Shown piece by piece: positions 49,432 to 62,810 of a stretch of 64,000 nucleotides of DNA. Each line of letters starts with the position of its first letter. The first letter of the stretch is position 1. This DNA comes from Octopus vulgaris (Eukaryota), in the NCBI GenBank assembly GCA_951406725.2, contig OX597814.1, positions 62,248,001 to 62,312,000 on the forward strand, read 5' to 3'. The position numbers were made by a program, and so were the translations under genes. Below the pieces are notes generated by a model. That model did no database searches and was not told the DNA's origin. It worked only from the letters and a program-made list of their open reading frames with translations.

Positions 49432-49904
49432 GTAAGTTGAATCGCCAGAGGAAGATGTTTACATTATTTGCAATTATTCTTTAGGTTATATCCACCATTA
49501 ATATAAATGACTTAGGGGTTAATTGGGAGTAAAATTTTGTTGAGGAGGAAGCAGGGGATATCTGCATACTTAACAATTCATTATGGTATAACCTGAATGG
49601 AAAGCTGTCTCTCTTAGAACATGTACCAAGTGCTCTTGCCATAAAATGTCTGTTAGGCTAGTATTAATGTAATATTTAGTTCAAGTGTAGATGTTGTGTG
49701 GCTGAAAAGCATTTGCATGATATTTTGGGTTTGTACCTGCTACTATAGTCTCTGATCAATCCATACCATATGAGTGAAATTGGGTGTTGGTTTGATTGCA
49801 CCCACCTGCAGAAATCGGGAAACTGGCCTTATGAGTCTATGTGACTCAGAAAGAAGCTTTACCCTTTATCATCATCATTATCGTTTAACATCTGCTTATG
49901 TGTC

Positions 49905-50180
49905 ATTAGCTTACACTGGGCACATCTTATGGAATTTCTACCTATGCCTTTTCTACAGATCAGCAGGGCTATCTACCTGAAGGGATTTGTGATTTGTCTG
50001 CCTTCCTACCTACTAAGACTTTGGTTTTGGTTAGGTTGACTCTAAGACCCTTTGATTCTAGACCTTGCTTCCACACCTGAAACTTCTCTAGTTTTAATAG
50101 TGACTCAGCTATTAGAGCAAGGTCATCAGCATAGAGGAGCACCCAGAAGCAGCCTGTCTTGAATTCCTCTGTTATTGCTT
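49905..50180 (-). mobile_element. RTE LINE fragment
   Basis: Reverse strand LLYADDLALIAES...WKQGLESKGLRVNLTKTKVL. Confidence 0.8.
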
Positions 50181-50417
50181 AAGGTTTCAGTTGACCCAAA
50201 GCTGAGAAAATGACTCTTGGCCTATGATGCCACACTGTGGGGTTGAACTCAGGACCTCATGATGGAGAAGTGAACTTCTTAACTATTTGGTCTTACTTAC
50301 CCCTATTACCTATACATATTTCATTGCTTTGAATTTGATAATATTGTATCTGATTCTTCGATTTGTTAATTAACACAAAAGGTGGTTTTATTGATTAATT
50401 CTGTCTTGTTATTCCAG

Positions 50418-50497
50418 ATTGCTGGTTTTGATTTAGATGGAACAATAATTTGTACCCAGTCAGGAAAGGTATTCCCTCAACATTCCGGAGATTGGAA
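50418..50497 (+). CDS. PNKP: PNKP coding exon 4 (HAD motif I)
   Basis: [26 protein letters not shown], containing the DxDGT catalytic motif; canonical AG/GT boundaries. Confidence 0.96.
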
Positions 50498-50544
50498 GTA
50501 AGTTAATACTTAGTAAAGAAAAAAATTGTTATTAAAAGCACTCA

Positions 50545-51700
50545 TTTGACAGGAATGGTAGAAGGTCAGCTCAGTTGCTTTGATGTATTTAGATTTATAG
50601 TTTTTGTATTCTAAGTTCAAATATTACAGAGTCCAGTACAATATTTAACATTTTTGAGGATTGCTAAAATAATTATCAGTAATGTACACAGATTAAATTT
50701 AAATAATTAATTTCCACTTTGATTGTGTCCTTTGTTTCTAGTCAATAGAAATTATTGTTTGTATTAGTAGTGTTGTTTCAGTGTCAGGCAAAATTTCTGG
50801 CAGCATTTTATTCCAGCACTTTAATGTTAGTTTAAATCTTAAGGTCAACATTACTGTTTATTGCTTCAAGTACTGGGGTTGTTTTAATTGACTGACTGTT
50901 TCCAACTCCTAATTTTCAGACTTTATATCACTGAATCTGTAATAGAAACAGTCATTTCTTCTCAGCTCTTAATACGGTTTTGTGCTTATATTAGCAATCA
51001 TTATTACTAATATTAGGACAGGGGAAGCTGGCAGAATTGTTAAAAAAATGTTTATTGGCAGAATTGGAAAAAAATGCTTTGTGGCATTTTGTCTGCCTTT
51101 ATGTTCTGAGTTCAAATTCCACCAAGGTCCACTTTGCCTTTCATCCTTTCGGGATTGATAAATTAAGTACTAGCTGAGCATTGGAGTCAATGTAATTGAC
51201 TTACACCTTCCCCGGAACTGCTGGCCTTATGCCAAAACTTGAAACCAATATTAGGATAGGGAAAGGCAGTGAGCTGGCAGAATTATTAGCATGCTGGAAA
51301 AAATGTTTAGTTGTATTTCATCTATTTTTATGTTTTGAGTTCAAATTCTGCCAAGGTTCACTTTGCCTTTCATCCTTTCAAGGTTGATAAATTAAAATAT
51401 CAGCTAAACACTGGGCTTGATGTAATTGATTTACCTCTCCCCCAAAACTGCTGGCTTTGTGCCAAAATTTGAAACCAACATTAGGATAGGGGATACAGAA
51501 TTGGTAAAGCATTGGAAAAAAAATGTTTTGCAATATTCATGTCTATATTTTGAAGTCAAAAAAAATCTCTTTGAAGTTGGCTACATCTTTCATCCTTCCA
51601 GACTTAATAAAATAAAGTACTGTTAAATACTAGTTTCAATCTAACTGCCTGTACATGCCCCAAATATTTGTGATCTTGTGCCGATGTTAGATTATTGTTA
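50545..51700 (+). repeat. Head-to-tail array of ~5 short SINE copies
   Basis: Three clear ~235-bp units at ~51010, 51250 and 51480 (GAGTTCAAATTC...CTTTGCCTTTCATCCTTTC...GAAACCAA in the first two) plus two decayed upstream copies. Confidence 0.75.
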
Positions 51701-51738
51701 ATTATTAACATAATTATATCATTTTTTTTTCTTTTTAG

Positions 51739-51817
51739 AATAATCTTTCCACAAGTTATCAGTAGATTAAAAGAGTTATTTCAAAACGGATACAAAGTTG
51801 TTCTCTTCACTAATCAA
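51739..51817 (+). CDS. PNKP: PNKP coding exon 5
   Basis: IIFPQVISRLKELFQNGYKVVLFTNQ (HAD motif II TNQ); phases consistent. Confidence 0.95.
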
Positions 51818-52024
51818 GTAAGTAGTATGTGAAATGATTTATTTTATACATAATATAAAGAGTCAGCTCAACTCTGTAGGTATAGATTCTTTGGCAAAGT
51901 TAACAATTTAGAATTGCATATTCTGAGTTAGACATGTTTTTTTGGATGTGTTTAAGCAGCTAAGCTTTGATATTCCTATTTTGTGTGGAGGCACATACAT
52001 TGGTGTGTAGTAAGAAGTGTGCAC

Positions 52025-52260
52025 ATGGTGGCGAGCTGGTAGAAACGCTAGCACACCTGGGGAAATGCTTAGCAGTATTTCGTCTGTCTTTACGTTTTGA
52101 GTTCAAATTCTGCTAAGGTTGACTTTGCCTTTCATCATTTTGGGGTCGATTAAATATGTACCAGTTATACACTGGGGTCGATATAATTGATTTAATCCGT
52201 TTGTCTGTCCTTGTTTGTCCCCTCTGTGTGTAGCCCCTTGTGGGCAGTAAAGAAATAAGT
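52025..52260 (+). mobile_element. tRNA-derived SINE
   Basis: GGCGAGCTGGTAGAAACG...GAGTTCAAATTC...GACTTTGCCTTTCATC...AAAGAAATAAG. An inverted copy lies at 63605-63822. Confidence 0.8.
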
Positions 52261-52927
52261 ATGTACATGGTTCTGGGTTCAGTCTTACTGCAGGGCACCT
52301 TGGTAAGTGTCTTTTAGTTACTATAGCCCTGGGCCAACTTGTTAGTGGATTTGGTAGATGGAAGTTGAAAGAAGCCTGTTGTGTGTGTGTGTGTGTTATT
52401 ACTGCATCATAGCTGTAAACAAGTGCCACTGTCATGCAAGCGGTGTCCTGCGGTTGCAATATTCATGTAATAACATATCTGATCATGGGAATCTTTTACT
52501 GTTCGTCTTCCATGAGTTGCATGGTTTGACAGGATCCAATAGCTCTGTATGGCATCGTGTTCCAGTGTCTTCTTTAGTATGGTTTCTATTGCTGGATGTC
52601 CTTCCTAATGGCAACTATTTTACTGAGGGTACTGGGTTATTTTTTCATGACACCAGTACTAGTGAGAATGCCATGCAGTTTGCAAGACTAATATCTCTTT
52701 CAATTGAGTGAGGCTTCCATTGAGGAGAAAACTTTATGCTAAGAAATGAGAGGTTAAAGTATGAAAGAAGGAGCAAGAACAGAACAAAGTTTCTTGCCGT
52801 GAGGAACTACATAACTACAAGATGGAAAGAGCGATAAAATAGTGTTGATGAAATGTGAGGGGGGACTCTAAAAGTACAAGGTGAATAGATTATGCAAACA
52901 TGACGGACAGAATTTGTGCAGTGTTGC

Positions 52928-52961
<34 letters not shown>

Positions 52962-53799
52962 AATACGTTTTATTCAGAGTAGGGTGAATGGAGATGATTC
53001 AAGTAGGAGATCCTTGTGTTAGTCATGTCCGAATTAAGTAACAGCTTTTGCTTTTCACTTTTAATGAGAGCAATAAATTTAGTACCAGATGAAAAAAAGC
53101 ACAAAATACCCCCCAAAAAACAAAAAAAAAAGCCGATAGCCGAAGTGAAAAATAACCCTTCGAGTGGTGGTGTAGCAATGCACAATGTGTGAAGTGTAAA
53201 AGGAGGTAACTCTGTGAAGGGAGATAACTTATTTCATCAACGAGATCGTGATACAGGTTAGGTGTCAGTATGGCTACAGTCCACTGGTGTGTGCGCCCAT
53301 GTACACGCACCCCATTACACAAGTGAGTTAAAACGATGATGATGTACATATTTGTTTGGAGCTGAACATTCACAACTTGAGAAACAAAAATAATTTCGTC
53401 AATTGTGAATATTCTAAGTAGAGAACGATTTAAATAAAAGTTTGGAACAATTATCTGTACTGCATGTATTCATTACTTTTCTATTGTTTGTATACCAAAA
53501 TATGTAACCAAATATGTTGACCATGTTGGCATGGGCTGAATGGTTTAACCAAGGCTGGCAACCTGGAAGGCTGTACCAAACTCCTGTCTGATTTGGCATG
53601 GTTTCTTTGGCTGGATGCCCTTCCTAACACCAATCACTCCAAGAGTGTAATGGATTCTTTTACGTGCTACTGGCATGGGTGCCATTTGTGTAACACAGGT
53701 ACCTGCCACGACTGTATTTTTGCTTGGCTTGATGGGTCCTCTTCTCAAACATGACATAATCCCAAAGGTCTTGGTCATTGCTTCTGAGAGGTCCAACAC

Positions 53800-54205
53800 T
53801 CGAATGAATTTAGTTGTAACCCAGAGGAGGGTATAACTTTTGCATCGTTCTACAGAAGGTACAAAGAAATTTTTAAGCAAGATTGCAAATCATGGTCGGA
53901 TGAACAAAAAGTGAGATTGTTATTGTGAAAATTAACTCCGTTAGAGCATGAACATTACTGTAATATTGTATTGCCCAAAAAACCCAATGAAATTTGTTTT
54001 AAAGAAATAATAGAATTACTGTCGAACGTATTCAGTGATAAAACTTTTCTATTTAATACACAAATGGAGTATTGAAATATAACGAAAAAAGGGAATGATG
54101 ATTTTGTCACATACACAAGAACAGTCAACAGGATGTGTGAAACTTTTAAACTCAAAGAACTTACACCTGAGATGTTCAAGTGTCTTGTTTTCATACAAGG
54201 CCTTC
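53800..54205 (+). mobile_element. Ty3/gypsy gag fragment
   Basis: PEEGITFASFYRRYKEIF...WSDEQKVRLLL...VNRMCETFKLKELTPEMFKCLVFIQGL, typical of invertebrate gypsy gag. Confidence 0.7.
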
Positions 54206-54386
54206 CAGCAAGACCGAAGACTTTCATTTACCCATCAGTGGAATCACAGTGGGATTTCTCATCCCAAGCAATTATTGGTGTTTCTTACTATTTGATGCGG
54301 TTTGCTGGAACCTGGCTGGACTATTCCCGAGACCTCTTATGGTACCCATCTGGATAATTTATCCCTATATATTCATCGCACACATA

Positions 54387-54688
54387 CAGTGGTAGACTGG
54401 GTCTAAAAATATTGGTTGCCAGGAGACTAAGGGGGCCCACCCACAACTACAATGCTATCATTTAATTTTTTTTTTTGTGAAAAGTATTCTTTTCAACTGT
54501 CTACAAACACAGCCAGGCTAAACTAATTAATGCATTCTTCCAGGAGTGAATAAAAAATTCTCAAACTTGAGGGGATGAGCCCCTTAGATACTGACATAGC
54601 CCCCCCCCCCCCCCCCATATATGGATTCTAATGGCGCAGGGTCCCACTTGCCATCAGGCAAGCTGGCAACCTGGCCAGTCCACCACTG
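54387..54688. mobile_element. hAT-like MITE
   Basis: TIR CAGTGGTAGACTGG / CCAGTCCACCACTG. The same 5' end occurs at ~46760-46845. Confidence 0.7.
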
Positions 54689-54830
54689 TATGTATATATA
54701 TATATATATATATATAAACAACTTATACCTTTAAAGTTGTTTATAAATTTAACCTTTAAAGGTAATTTTTAATATGCTGGCCATTGATAAAATTTTTTTC
54801 GAAAATTTTATCCTATATTAGATGTAAATT

Positions 54831-54862
<32 letters not shown>

Positions 54863-54972
54863 TCCAATCCTTCCTAGCACATGAAAAGCAGATGTTAAAA
54901 TGATGTTGATGATGATGTTTCTTCACTTCCAAATTCTTTTACTTTTTTTCCTATGATATGTTGTTATTCTAG

Positions 54973-55059
54973 CATGGTGTGAAAACTGGTAATGTAAAAA
55001 TGGAAGAAATGAAAAACAAAATTGAAAATATTGTTAATAAACTTGGGATTCCTATACAG
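54973..55059 (+). CDS. PNKP: PNKP coding exon 6
   Basis: HGVKTGNVKMEEMKNKIENIVNKLGIPIQ; TAG acceptor, CAG/GTAAAT donor. Confidence 0.93.
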
Positions 55060-55894
55060 GTAAATCTTGTTGACATGTTTATTCTTGTTTTTATATAACT
55101 CAAGTGAAGTAAAGATACCTGCACTGGAATGAATAGATATTGAAAATAAAGTTTAGATGGAATCTAACAGCTTAGATAGGACCTTTGACTAATGAAATGA
55201 AGGAGAGTGAATATGTACAGCTATATTGTGGAGGGGACATTGGGATATACTAGGTTTCCTTTTATGAGCTTCAGTCTATGGCTGATGATGCAGTTATTTA
55301 TTCTTTTGCATCAGATGTAGCCAAATTTCTAATTTCTTCAGATTTAAAACTTGCTTAGTTACCTACTCACTTAATATGTATTATATAGTTTACATGTTGT
55401 TATACATAAAATACTGGAATAATGCAAAATTATGTTGACATTCTTTATAAATGGGAGAGAGATAGATAGAGAATAAGAGAAAGTGAGGGAGAGTCTGAGA
55501 GAAAGGAAGGGAAAGTGAGAGAGAAAGGAGAGAGAAACAAAGATGGAGAATGTGGCAATAAGAAACAAAGGAAGCTACAGAAAGTAACAACCACACCCTC
55601 ACCCGTGCGTAGAGTGGGTCACCTTAAGCTAGTCATATTGATAAAAACCATTTTGGAATAAGAACTAACATGTAGAACTAAGATAGATGGCAGATCAGTT
55701 GAAAATTGGAGCAAATGCTTTACTGTTATTAGATTTATACTGCACTTTTCCGAGTTCTTTGATTGATTTTGTCTTTCATCCTTTTGTGTGTAATGAGAAT
55801 ATTAGTATCAGTAATATACTAGGATTGATATGATTGTTGGTAGTACTACTTTGCTGAATTTCTTTATGTTATATTATATTTCTCATGTTTACAG

Positions 55895-55966
55895 GTCTTT
55901 GTTGCAACTGGTACTGGTGTATTCCGCAAGCCAGTAAATGGAATGTGGATGTATTTACAAGATAAG
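55895..55966 (+). CDS. PNKP: PNKP coding exon 7
   Basis: VFVATGTGVFRKPVNGMWMYLQDK (RKPxxGMW, HAD motif III). Confidence 0.96.
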
Positions 55967-56834
55967 GTGAGGATATTGCATATCCTGAATGCTTAAAATA
56001 ACCCTACAAACCCTGTTGTTTCTATTTATTGTAAAACTTAAGGCACTTTCAATTTGCTCAACTGAAATAGGTATTTTACATGTCATAGTGGAAGGGGTAG
56101 CAGTAGTAAAAGTAATTGCTTCAAAAGCAAGCTAACACCCTGCCCAAATTTTCTCCCATTTCCCTAGAAATTGTTCCATTAAAAAATTTTTTTATTTATA
56201 ACTATTTGTCCATGTTGGTACAGGCTGGATGTTTTGTAAATTTAAGCATTTTTGTTGCTAGAATTGGTGTTTTACACTTGGATGCAACCTCTGTTGTTAA
56301 TCACCTAACTCAAAGATAGAATGGAATATAAAGTAGTAGGGAAAAAGCACAACAACTGCATGAAGGTTTGAACTTATGACCATGTATTTACTGGTCAAGC
56401 ATCATAATCTTATATAGATTGTTCTTCATTATGGAAATATATTAACATTTAAATCAAACCATTCCATGTATTGTTGCATGAAAATATAGGATCCATTGCA
56501 GATTCAGTGAATATTATTATATATCTCTCATCTTTTCTTAGAAATCAAATATGAAACCAGAAATTTTTTTTCTAAAATTTAAATGCTAAAAATGTTTGGA
56601 AAATGTTTTCTAGATATTCTTATTTAAATTCTGCAGAATATCACTAATAATTTATTGCTGTACCCCCCAATGTTTAATGACATCTAACTGAAATACATGG
56701 TTCGAACCACTCAGGTATAATGGTATATTTGTAATATAATATTTCTGATAAGATATATAAACTAACAATGGCAACCAAACTAAAAGGCAATGTTTGCTGA
56801 GAACTTTTGGGGTTATATCTTGAGTTTCATTATA

Positions 56835-57088
56835 TATATGTATAATATAAATAATATATAAATATATGCATATATACATACATATATGTACATACCTACA
56901 TATATATGTATATATACATGCATATATGAGTACAGGACATCAAAAAAAAAACGTTGAACACAATAGGAAACGAAAACATAAAAACAAAAACATTGAAAAC
57001 GAACTTTTTTTCGAACAACGAAAAAAGACAAACAGAGAAACGAGACATGTAACATAAAGAATATTCCCCTTCATCAGTTGTCCCTGTG
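56835..57088. repeat. Dispersed copy of the 3468 foldback arm
   Basis: Near-identical to 3468-3705, ending ...AAAGAATATTCCCCTTCATCAGTTGTCCCTG. Confidence 0.85.
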
Positions 57089-57262
57089 TTAAGATCTAGA
57101 CTGCAGTAAATGCAGTTTCGGTCATGGAGTGAATTTATTCAAATATTATTTTAATTATAAAGGGTAAAATCAATAATAATTTTACCAGGTAGCCAGTGTA
57201 GAAATAAAAACCTTATAGGTAAATTTTACAAAATATTTTATAATTATATACATAATTATAAC

Positions 57263-57314
<52 letters not shown>

Positions 57315-57624
57315 GCACATATATATATTCAAATGTTAAAGACTTCTTTCAATTTTCCTGAGCATCTTTGTCTTTTTATCTCATCTTCATTTAAAAAAAA
57401 ATTTTGTACCATATGCAGGTGTGCCTGTGCAATAAGAAGCTTATGTCCTAATGACATAGTTCCATGTTCAGTCCCGCTGCTTGACACCTTGGGCAGGTGT
57501 CTTCTGCTATACCTTTGGGCCAACCAAAGCGTTGTGAGTGGATTTTGTAGACGGAAACTGAAAGAAGTCCATTGTATATATGTGTGTGTGAGTGTCTATA
57601 TATATATATATATACACATATATA

Positions 57625-58509
57625 CAGTGTGCAATGGGTAAATTGTTGCCATTTTATATTTTTAATTTCATGCATGTGCATTGTTTTAGATTTTGTCAAC
57701 TACACAGTATAGTAGGGTCAGTTGGGCACCATCTGTGAGAAAAACAGCATTATCATGCAATTCACTCTGACAGAAATTTGGAAATGACATGCTGTACTGC
57801 TTGGTATTCATGCCAGAAGCTCCAATATGAAGTGCTGGAAGCTCCAATACGAACATGTACCAATATGAACATGTACCGAGAGTGATAAAAATGAAACACC
57901 CAGTCAACATCATAATGTTTGGAGTGCTGACTAGTGAAGGCAATGTTATGCCAACATTATGCCTCCATTCATCTTCCCACATGGCCTCAGGCTCAACACG
58001 TAGGCCTACATCAAGTGCTTGGAATAAGTAGTGCTGCCCTGGGTCAAGAGAGTGGCTACTGGAAGACCCCGTGTCTGGCAACAGGACTCTGCAGCATGCT
58101 GCACAAGTAGGAGGACCCAGTCATGGTTGTCAGATAATTTCTGTGATCACATTACCCCTAACATCTGGCCATTTAACTCCCCAGACTGCAACCCTCTTGA
58201 TTATAATATGTTGGGCACAGTTGAGCGAGAGACCAACAAAACTCCTTGTACTGCCAAAGATGAACTGAAGGCAAGGATTATGGCAGCATTGACCAACTTA
58301 AACAAGGAGACCGTCTAGAAGAATCACAGGAGATTCCAAAGTCATCTGGGGGCCGTGGTTGAAGCCAGTGGCGATTTTATTGAATAAATTTACTCTTTAG
58401 TATTTCAGGATATTTTTGTGTAATTTTGGTAAATATATCTGTTAAAATGAAATGTCAGTGTTATTTTCATTTTTATGTAACTTAGACGACAGTTTATTTA
58501 CGCACCTTG
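57625..58509 (+). mobile_element. maT/DD37D element nested inside a SINE
   Basis: VWQQDSAA...IWPFNSPDCNPLDY, with decayed TIRs. The SINE 5' half (57415-57590) and 3' half (58520-58760) flank it. Confidence 0.85.
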
Positions 58510-58924
58510 TGTGTGTGTGTGTGTGTATATGTGCGTGTATGTGTCTTTGTGTCTGTGTTTGTCATCCCCACTGCCACTTGACAACCAGTGCTGGTGTGTT
58601 TATGTCCCCATAACCTAGTGGTTCAGCCAGAGAGACCAATAGAATAAGTATCATACTTTAAAAAAATAAGTACTGGGGTTGATACATTCTACTAAAAATT
58701 CAAGGCAGTGCCCCAACTTGGCTGCAGTCTGATGACTGAAATAAGTAAAAATAAAAGATAAATTATATATATTACACCTGATTGGCTATAATCCTAAGTG
58801 AAATAAAACTATTCTTGACACATTTTCTTACTTTGAATTAATTTACATTCTCTATGGTGTAGTTTATAGAGCTACATTTATGTACATTGTCAACTGATTT
58901 AATTATGTGTTTGTTATGTTATAG

Positions 58925-58973
58925 GAAAATGATAACATTACGATTGATCATATGAAAAGTTTTTATGTTGGAG
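58925..58973 (+). CDS. PNKP: PNKP coding exon 8
   Basis: ENDNITIDHMKSFYVG plus 1 nt; joins the next exon to give FYVGDAAGR. Confidence 0.93.
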
Positions 58974-59391
58974 GTTAGTTAATAATTTTCTTATTTTAAC
59001 AATTTAAAAAAAAATTTCATTTGCATTTTTTTTGTAACAAATGCTCAATAAAAGGATAGTGTGTGACGAAATTTCATATTAATAAAATTGCTAATTTTTG
59101 TTCTACTTTCTGGGCAAGAGGTCTTTTATCTGAAATTGTGTGTGAAAATTAAGACTTTTCTACTATAGTTACCAAACTGATGTGTTGAAATTATACCTCT
59201 TGTTTTTCAGCTAGACAAAGTGGGACTAAATGAATACTTCGCTTCAAGAAAATCTCCCAATAGCCATCGGCTGTCTGCTCAGTAATGATGACTATATCAT
59301 CATTTATCACCATGATTGTTTAAGTGCCCATTTTTCCCATGGTCATGCCCCCACCCTGTCTTCCAGCCAAGAGGTCTTTGTCCTGCAAGTG

Positions 59392-59703
59392 CAGTGTCAT
59401 GTAAAATGCACTCATTCTAGTGCCATGTAAACTGCACTTGTGCTGGTGTCATGTTAAATGCACTCATACTGGTACCTCATGCAATGCACTTGTGCTGGTG
59501 CCATGTAAGGGTACCTGTGGCAGTAGCATGTGAAAAGCACCCAGCACACTCTGTAAAGTGGTTGACATTAGGAAGGGCATCCAGCAGTAGAAACCATGTC
59601 AAAACAAACAATTGGAGTCTGGTCGGCTTTCCAGCTGGCCAGCTCCTGTTGAACTGTCCAACCCATGCCAGCATAGAAAACAGATGTTAAATGATGATGA
59701 TGA
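59392..59703 (+). mobile_element. LINE-tail/SINE element with ~26-bp internal tandem repeats
   Basis: Repeated GTGCCATGTAAA..GCAC units, then GGTTGACATTAGGAAGGGCATCCAG and (GAT)n. Minus-strand relatives at ~10070-10280, 53520-53780 and 62810-63130. Confidence 0.7.
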
Positions 59704-60173
59704 TCCATTTTTCCATACTAGCATAGATTAGATGGGTTTGCATATTGCTCCCACCTGACTTATGTTGCAAGTTATTAAACAAACTATGCAAGATTTAAAA
59801 TTCTGTTATCATTTAAAAAAATTTTTCATTGTGGACAAAAATATTAATTCTAGAAGTAAATGACATTTCTTGTTTGACAGAAATAGCTACTTTGTTTAAC
59901 CCTCTAGCATTTAAACTGGCCATATCTGGCACAAAATATTCTACCTGTTAGTAGAAAGTAATAATGGCTTTAATTAATTTGCAGAATTTAAGCAAAAACA
60001 AGCTGTGAGTGTGTGTGTGTGTGTGTATACACACACATAGTTCACAGAAATTACCCATATAGATGACACTTAGTAGTGCTCAAAAGATTCAAACTTAGAC
60101 ACCAATGTGTTTACAGGCGATCGATTCCACAAGGTAAAGAAAGGCTATAAGAGGGATGAAGTTGAGTGGATAT

Positions 60174-60323
60174 AGAGGCAATTATGTGGATAAAAATTCG
60201 ACATTAAATATATTAATATAATATCATAGTTTGGGTATGAAATACAAGACATGTATATTTTGTATTTTATACCCAAACTGTTATATTTAATATGTCTAAT
60301 TATTTATCTGCATAATTGCCTCT
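60174..60323. repeat. ~150-nt foldback palindrome
   Basis: AGAGGCAATTATG...AGTTTGGGTATGAAATACAAGA / TTTTGTATTTTATACCCAAACT...CATAATTGCCTCT. Confidence 0.85.
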
Positions 60324-62312
60324 CTCTCTCTATATATATATATATATATGTGCATGGCCTAAGTAATTAAGGTTTTGCCCTCTTAATTGCTGGATTAATT
60401 TTTACTAGGACTGGTTTGTGCATTGTGTCCTTGAGCAACATTCCATTTCATTTCTTGCTCCATCCCTCTCAGCGTAAAAGAGTAATCTTGCAACTGATCA
60501 ACGTCCCATTCAAAGGGAATGTTGTGATGTCAAGAAACTGGGTAACTGGCACTTTGAGTGCAAGGGTTCAAGACAAATGTTCAGGTATTGATGAAGTAAC
60601 TATGATATGATGCATTTGATAAGTATCCTGCACGAAACTTGGCCTTGAGTCACGTTTTAACTTCTGCCTATTCAAAATAAGAAAAATAATGTATATGTAA
60701 GTATTAGCTATGTGAACTATTAAAACAAATTTTTTTTATAGTTAAGATATAACTTGGACAGCAATTTCGTTACAGCTGAAGTAGATGACCTTTGAAAGGG
60801 AAGTAACTATTCTCCATGCGCTAGTAATTTGAAAAAGCTATCATATCCAAGTGGAGATAATTCACAACAGAATTGAATTTCCCAAGTCCAATAGACTTGG
60901 CGAATATGCTATTTCTCATAACGAAATTTCATTTCACAAATTATCGAATTGTCAGCTTTCAAGTGGTAGTATAATCACTTAGTCACTCAAAATATTGATG
61001 ATAAGTTTACTGAAAAAGAGATTAATTAAGCAGAATGTCGCTGTAAACGTGTTTGTAATTTCTAATTGGCTTATAGGCATAGGCATGGTTTGCTGGTTAA
61101 GATCATTTTGCAACCATGTAGTTTCAGATTCAGTCCCACGGCATGGCACTCCACGTTGATTAATGCCGTTTGACTGAATTTAGTAGATGGCAGTTGTAAA
61201 CGGTCTGTCTTATAAAATTCCGTCTGACCCTTGTGAGCATGGAACAGGGAATAGTGGACATTAGAATGATGATGATATCACAGAGAGAGAGAGAGAGGTG
61301 TATATGTGTGTGAATGTTGTTATCCAACAGCTGTCCTTGAGTGAAATGGGGATATGATGTCTAAATTTCTTGTTGACATTATGACTGTTGCTCTGCACTT
61401 TTGAAGACCTGTGGAATAAAATTCCCCTACATGAAACATTTTAATGTTGGCAATAAGAAGAGCATCTATTTGTAAAATACTGCCTGAAATACATTCCCAT
61501 TCAATCCATATGCTTGCATAGATAAATGGGCCTTAAATAAATGAGTGTATATGATATTGCTGTTTTGCATTGATTTTCCATATTAGAATGTGTCAGAAAT
61601 GTTTTGTTACATTCAGTATTTTTGTTGGTAAATGACTAATTATATAAATATCTTGAGGCATAAAATTAAACAGATATCTTGAGGCGTAAAAAATGGCCCT
61701 ACTTTTAATGTGGTCAGTACCTAGGCCATATATGCAATTAGCAGTTCATTTCATTTACTACACTCCTATAGAGACTCTTTGTATTTTTTATATGTAAATA
61801 TAATACAGAATAATATTATATAGTGCAGTGTATAAAGAATTGCCAATTTTACAGTGATTGTTCTACATATTGCAGTAAATTTTGCTTTCTCATAGTATCT
61901 ATTGACAGATGGGTAGATTGGATCATTGATAGCAGATTTAACCAAGGATTGCATAAAACAGGATGTATGGGGTGTCAGTGTTTGGTGTATATACTAGGAA
62001 CTCAGAAGAGCCAGCTCACTCTACCATCTTTAAGAAATTAACATATTGTATAATGCAGTCTCTGATATACAGAAAGTGTGGAGTGGTAATAGCTTGACCA
62101 CCACTTGATCGTAGGTTATCTACACAATCAGTGCTAACCTGGGACTAATCAACAATTATTTGCTAACACTCAATAGGTTGTCTACATAGTATTCTTGTTT
62201 TGTCCATCAGAATTACTTTATTTATTCAAACTGATTTAAAAATTGCTGACAAAGAAGAACAAAAAAAAAAAAGCATTTATTAGGGTTAACTATTTTCTAT
62301 TTTGCTCTTTAG

Positions 62313-62380
62313 ATGCTGCTGGACGACCTGATCATTGGAAGCCTGGGAAAAAGAAAGATTTTTCCTGTTCTGATCGATTG
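62313..62380 (+). CDS. PNKP: PNKP coding exon 9
   Basis: DAAGRPDHWKPGKKKDFSCSDRL, GTGAGT donor. The pyrimidine-rich run at the window end probably precedes the next exon. Confidence 0.96.
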
Positions 62381-62777
62381 GTGAGTTATAGTTAATTATT
62401 TTATTCCTACAACCTAGCATACATTATCTTTTCTGAGTGCTTTATGGCAGGGTTGAACACAGAACCACATGATTAAAAATGAACTTTTTGATCAAACAGC
62501 TATGTCTGCACCTATTCATCTACTGGATTAAGTCTGGAACCATGCGGTTGTAAACATGGTTATTCGTGAATCTGTGTGTGTGTAGTATAAAAGTACATCC
62601 AGCTGTCACTTGCAAGCAGATAGGGCTTGGTAGCATGTACCATGCATATTTTTCTGTTGAACTGCTATTGGTAATGAAATTTTTGCAATAGGAATGAATA
62701 TTACCAAAATTATTTTTCCAGTTTTCTGTTTGATATATGTGTATCTGTGTGTGTATGTGTGAACATGATGATATATA

Positions 62778-62810
<33 letters not shown>

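Noticed and set aside
51010-51700. CRISPR-like or satellite array
   Set aside because: The units are ~235-bp SINE copies with no repeat-spacer structure, in a eukaryotic context.
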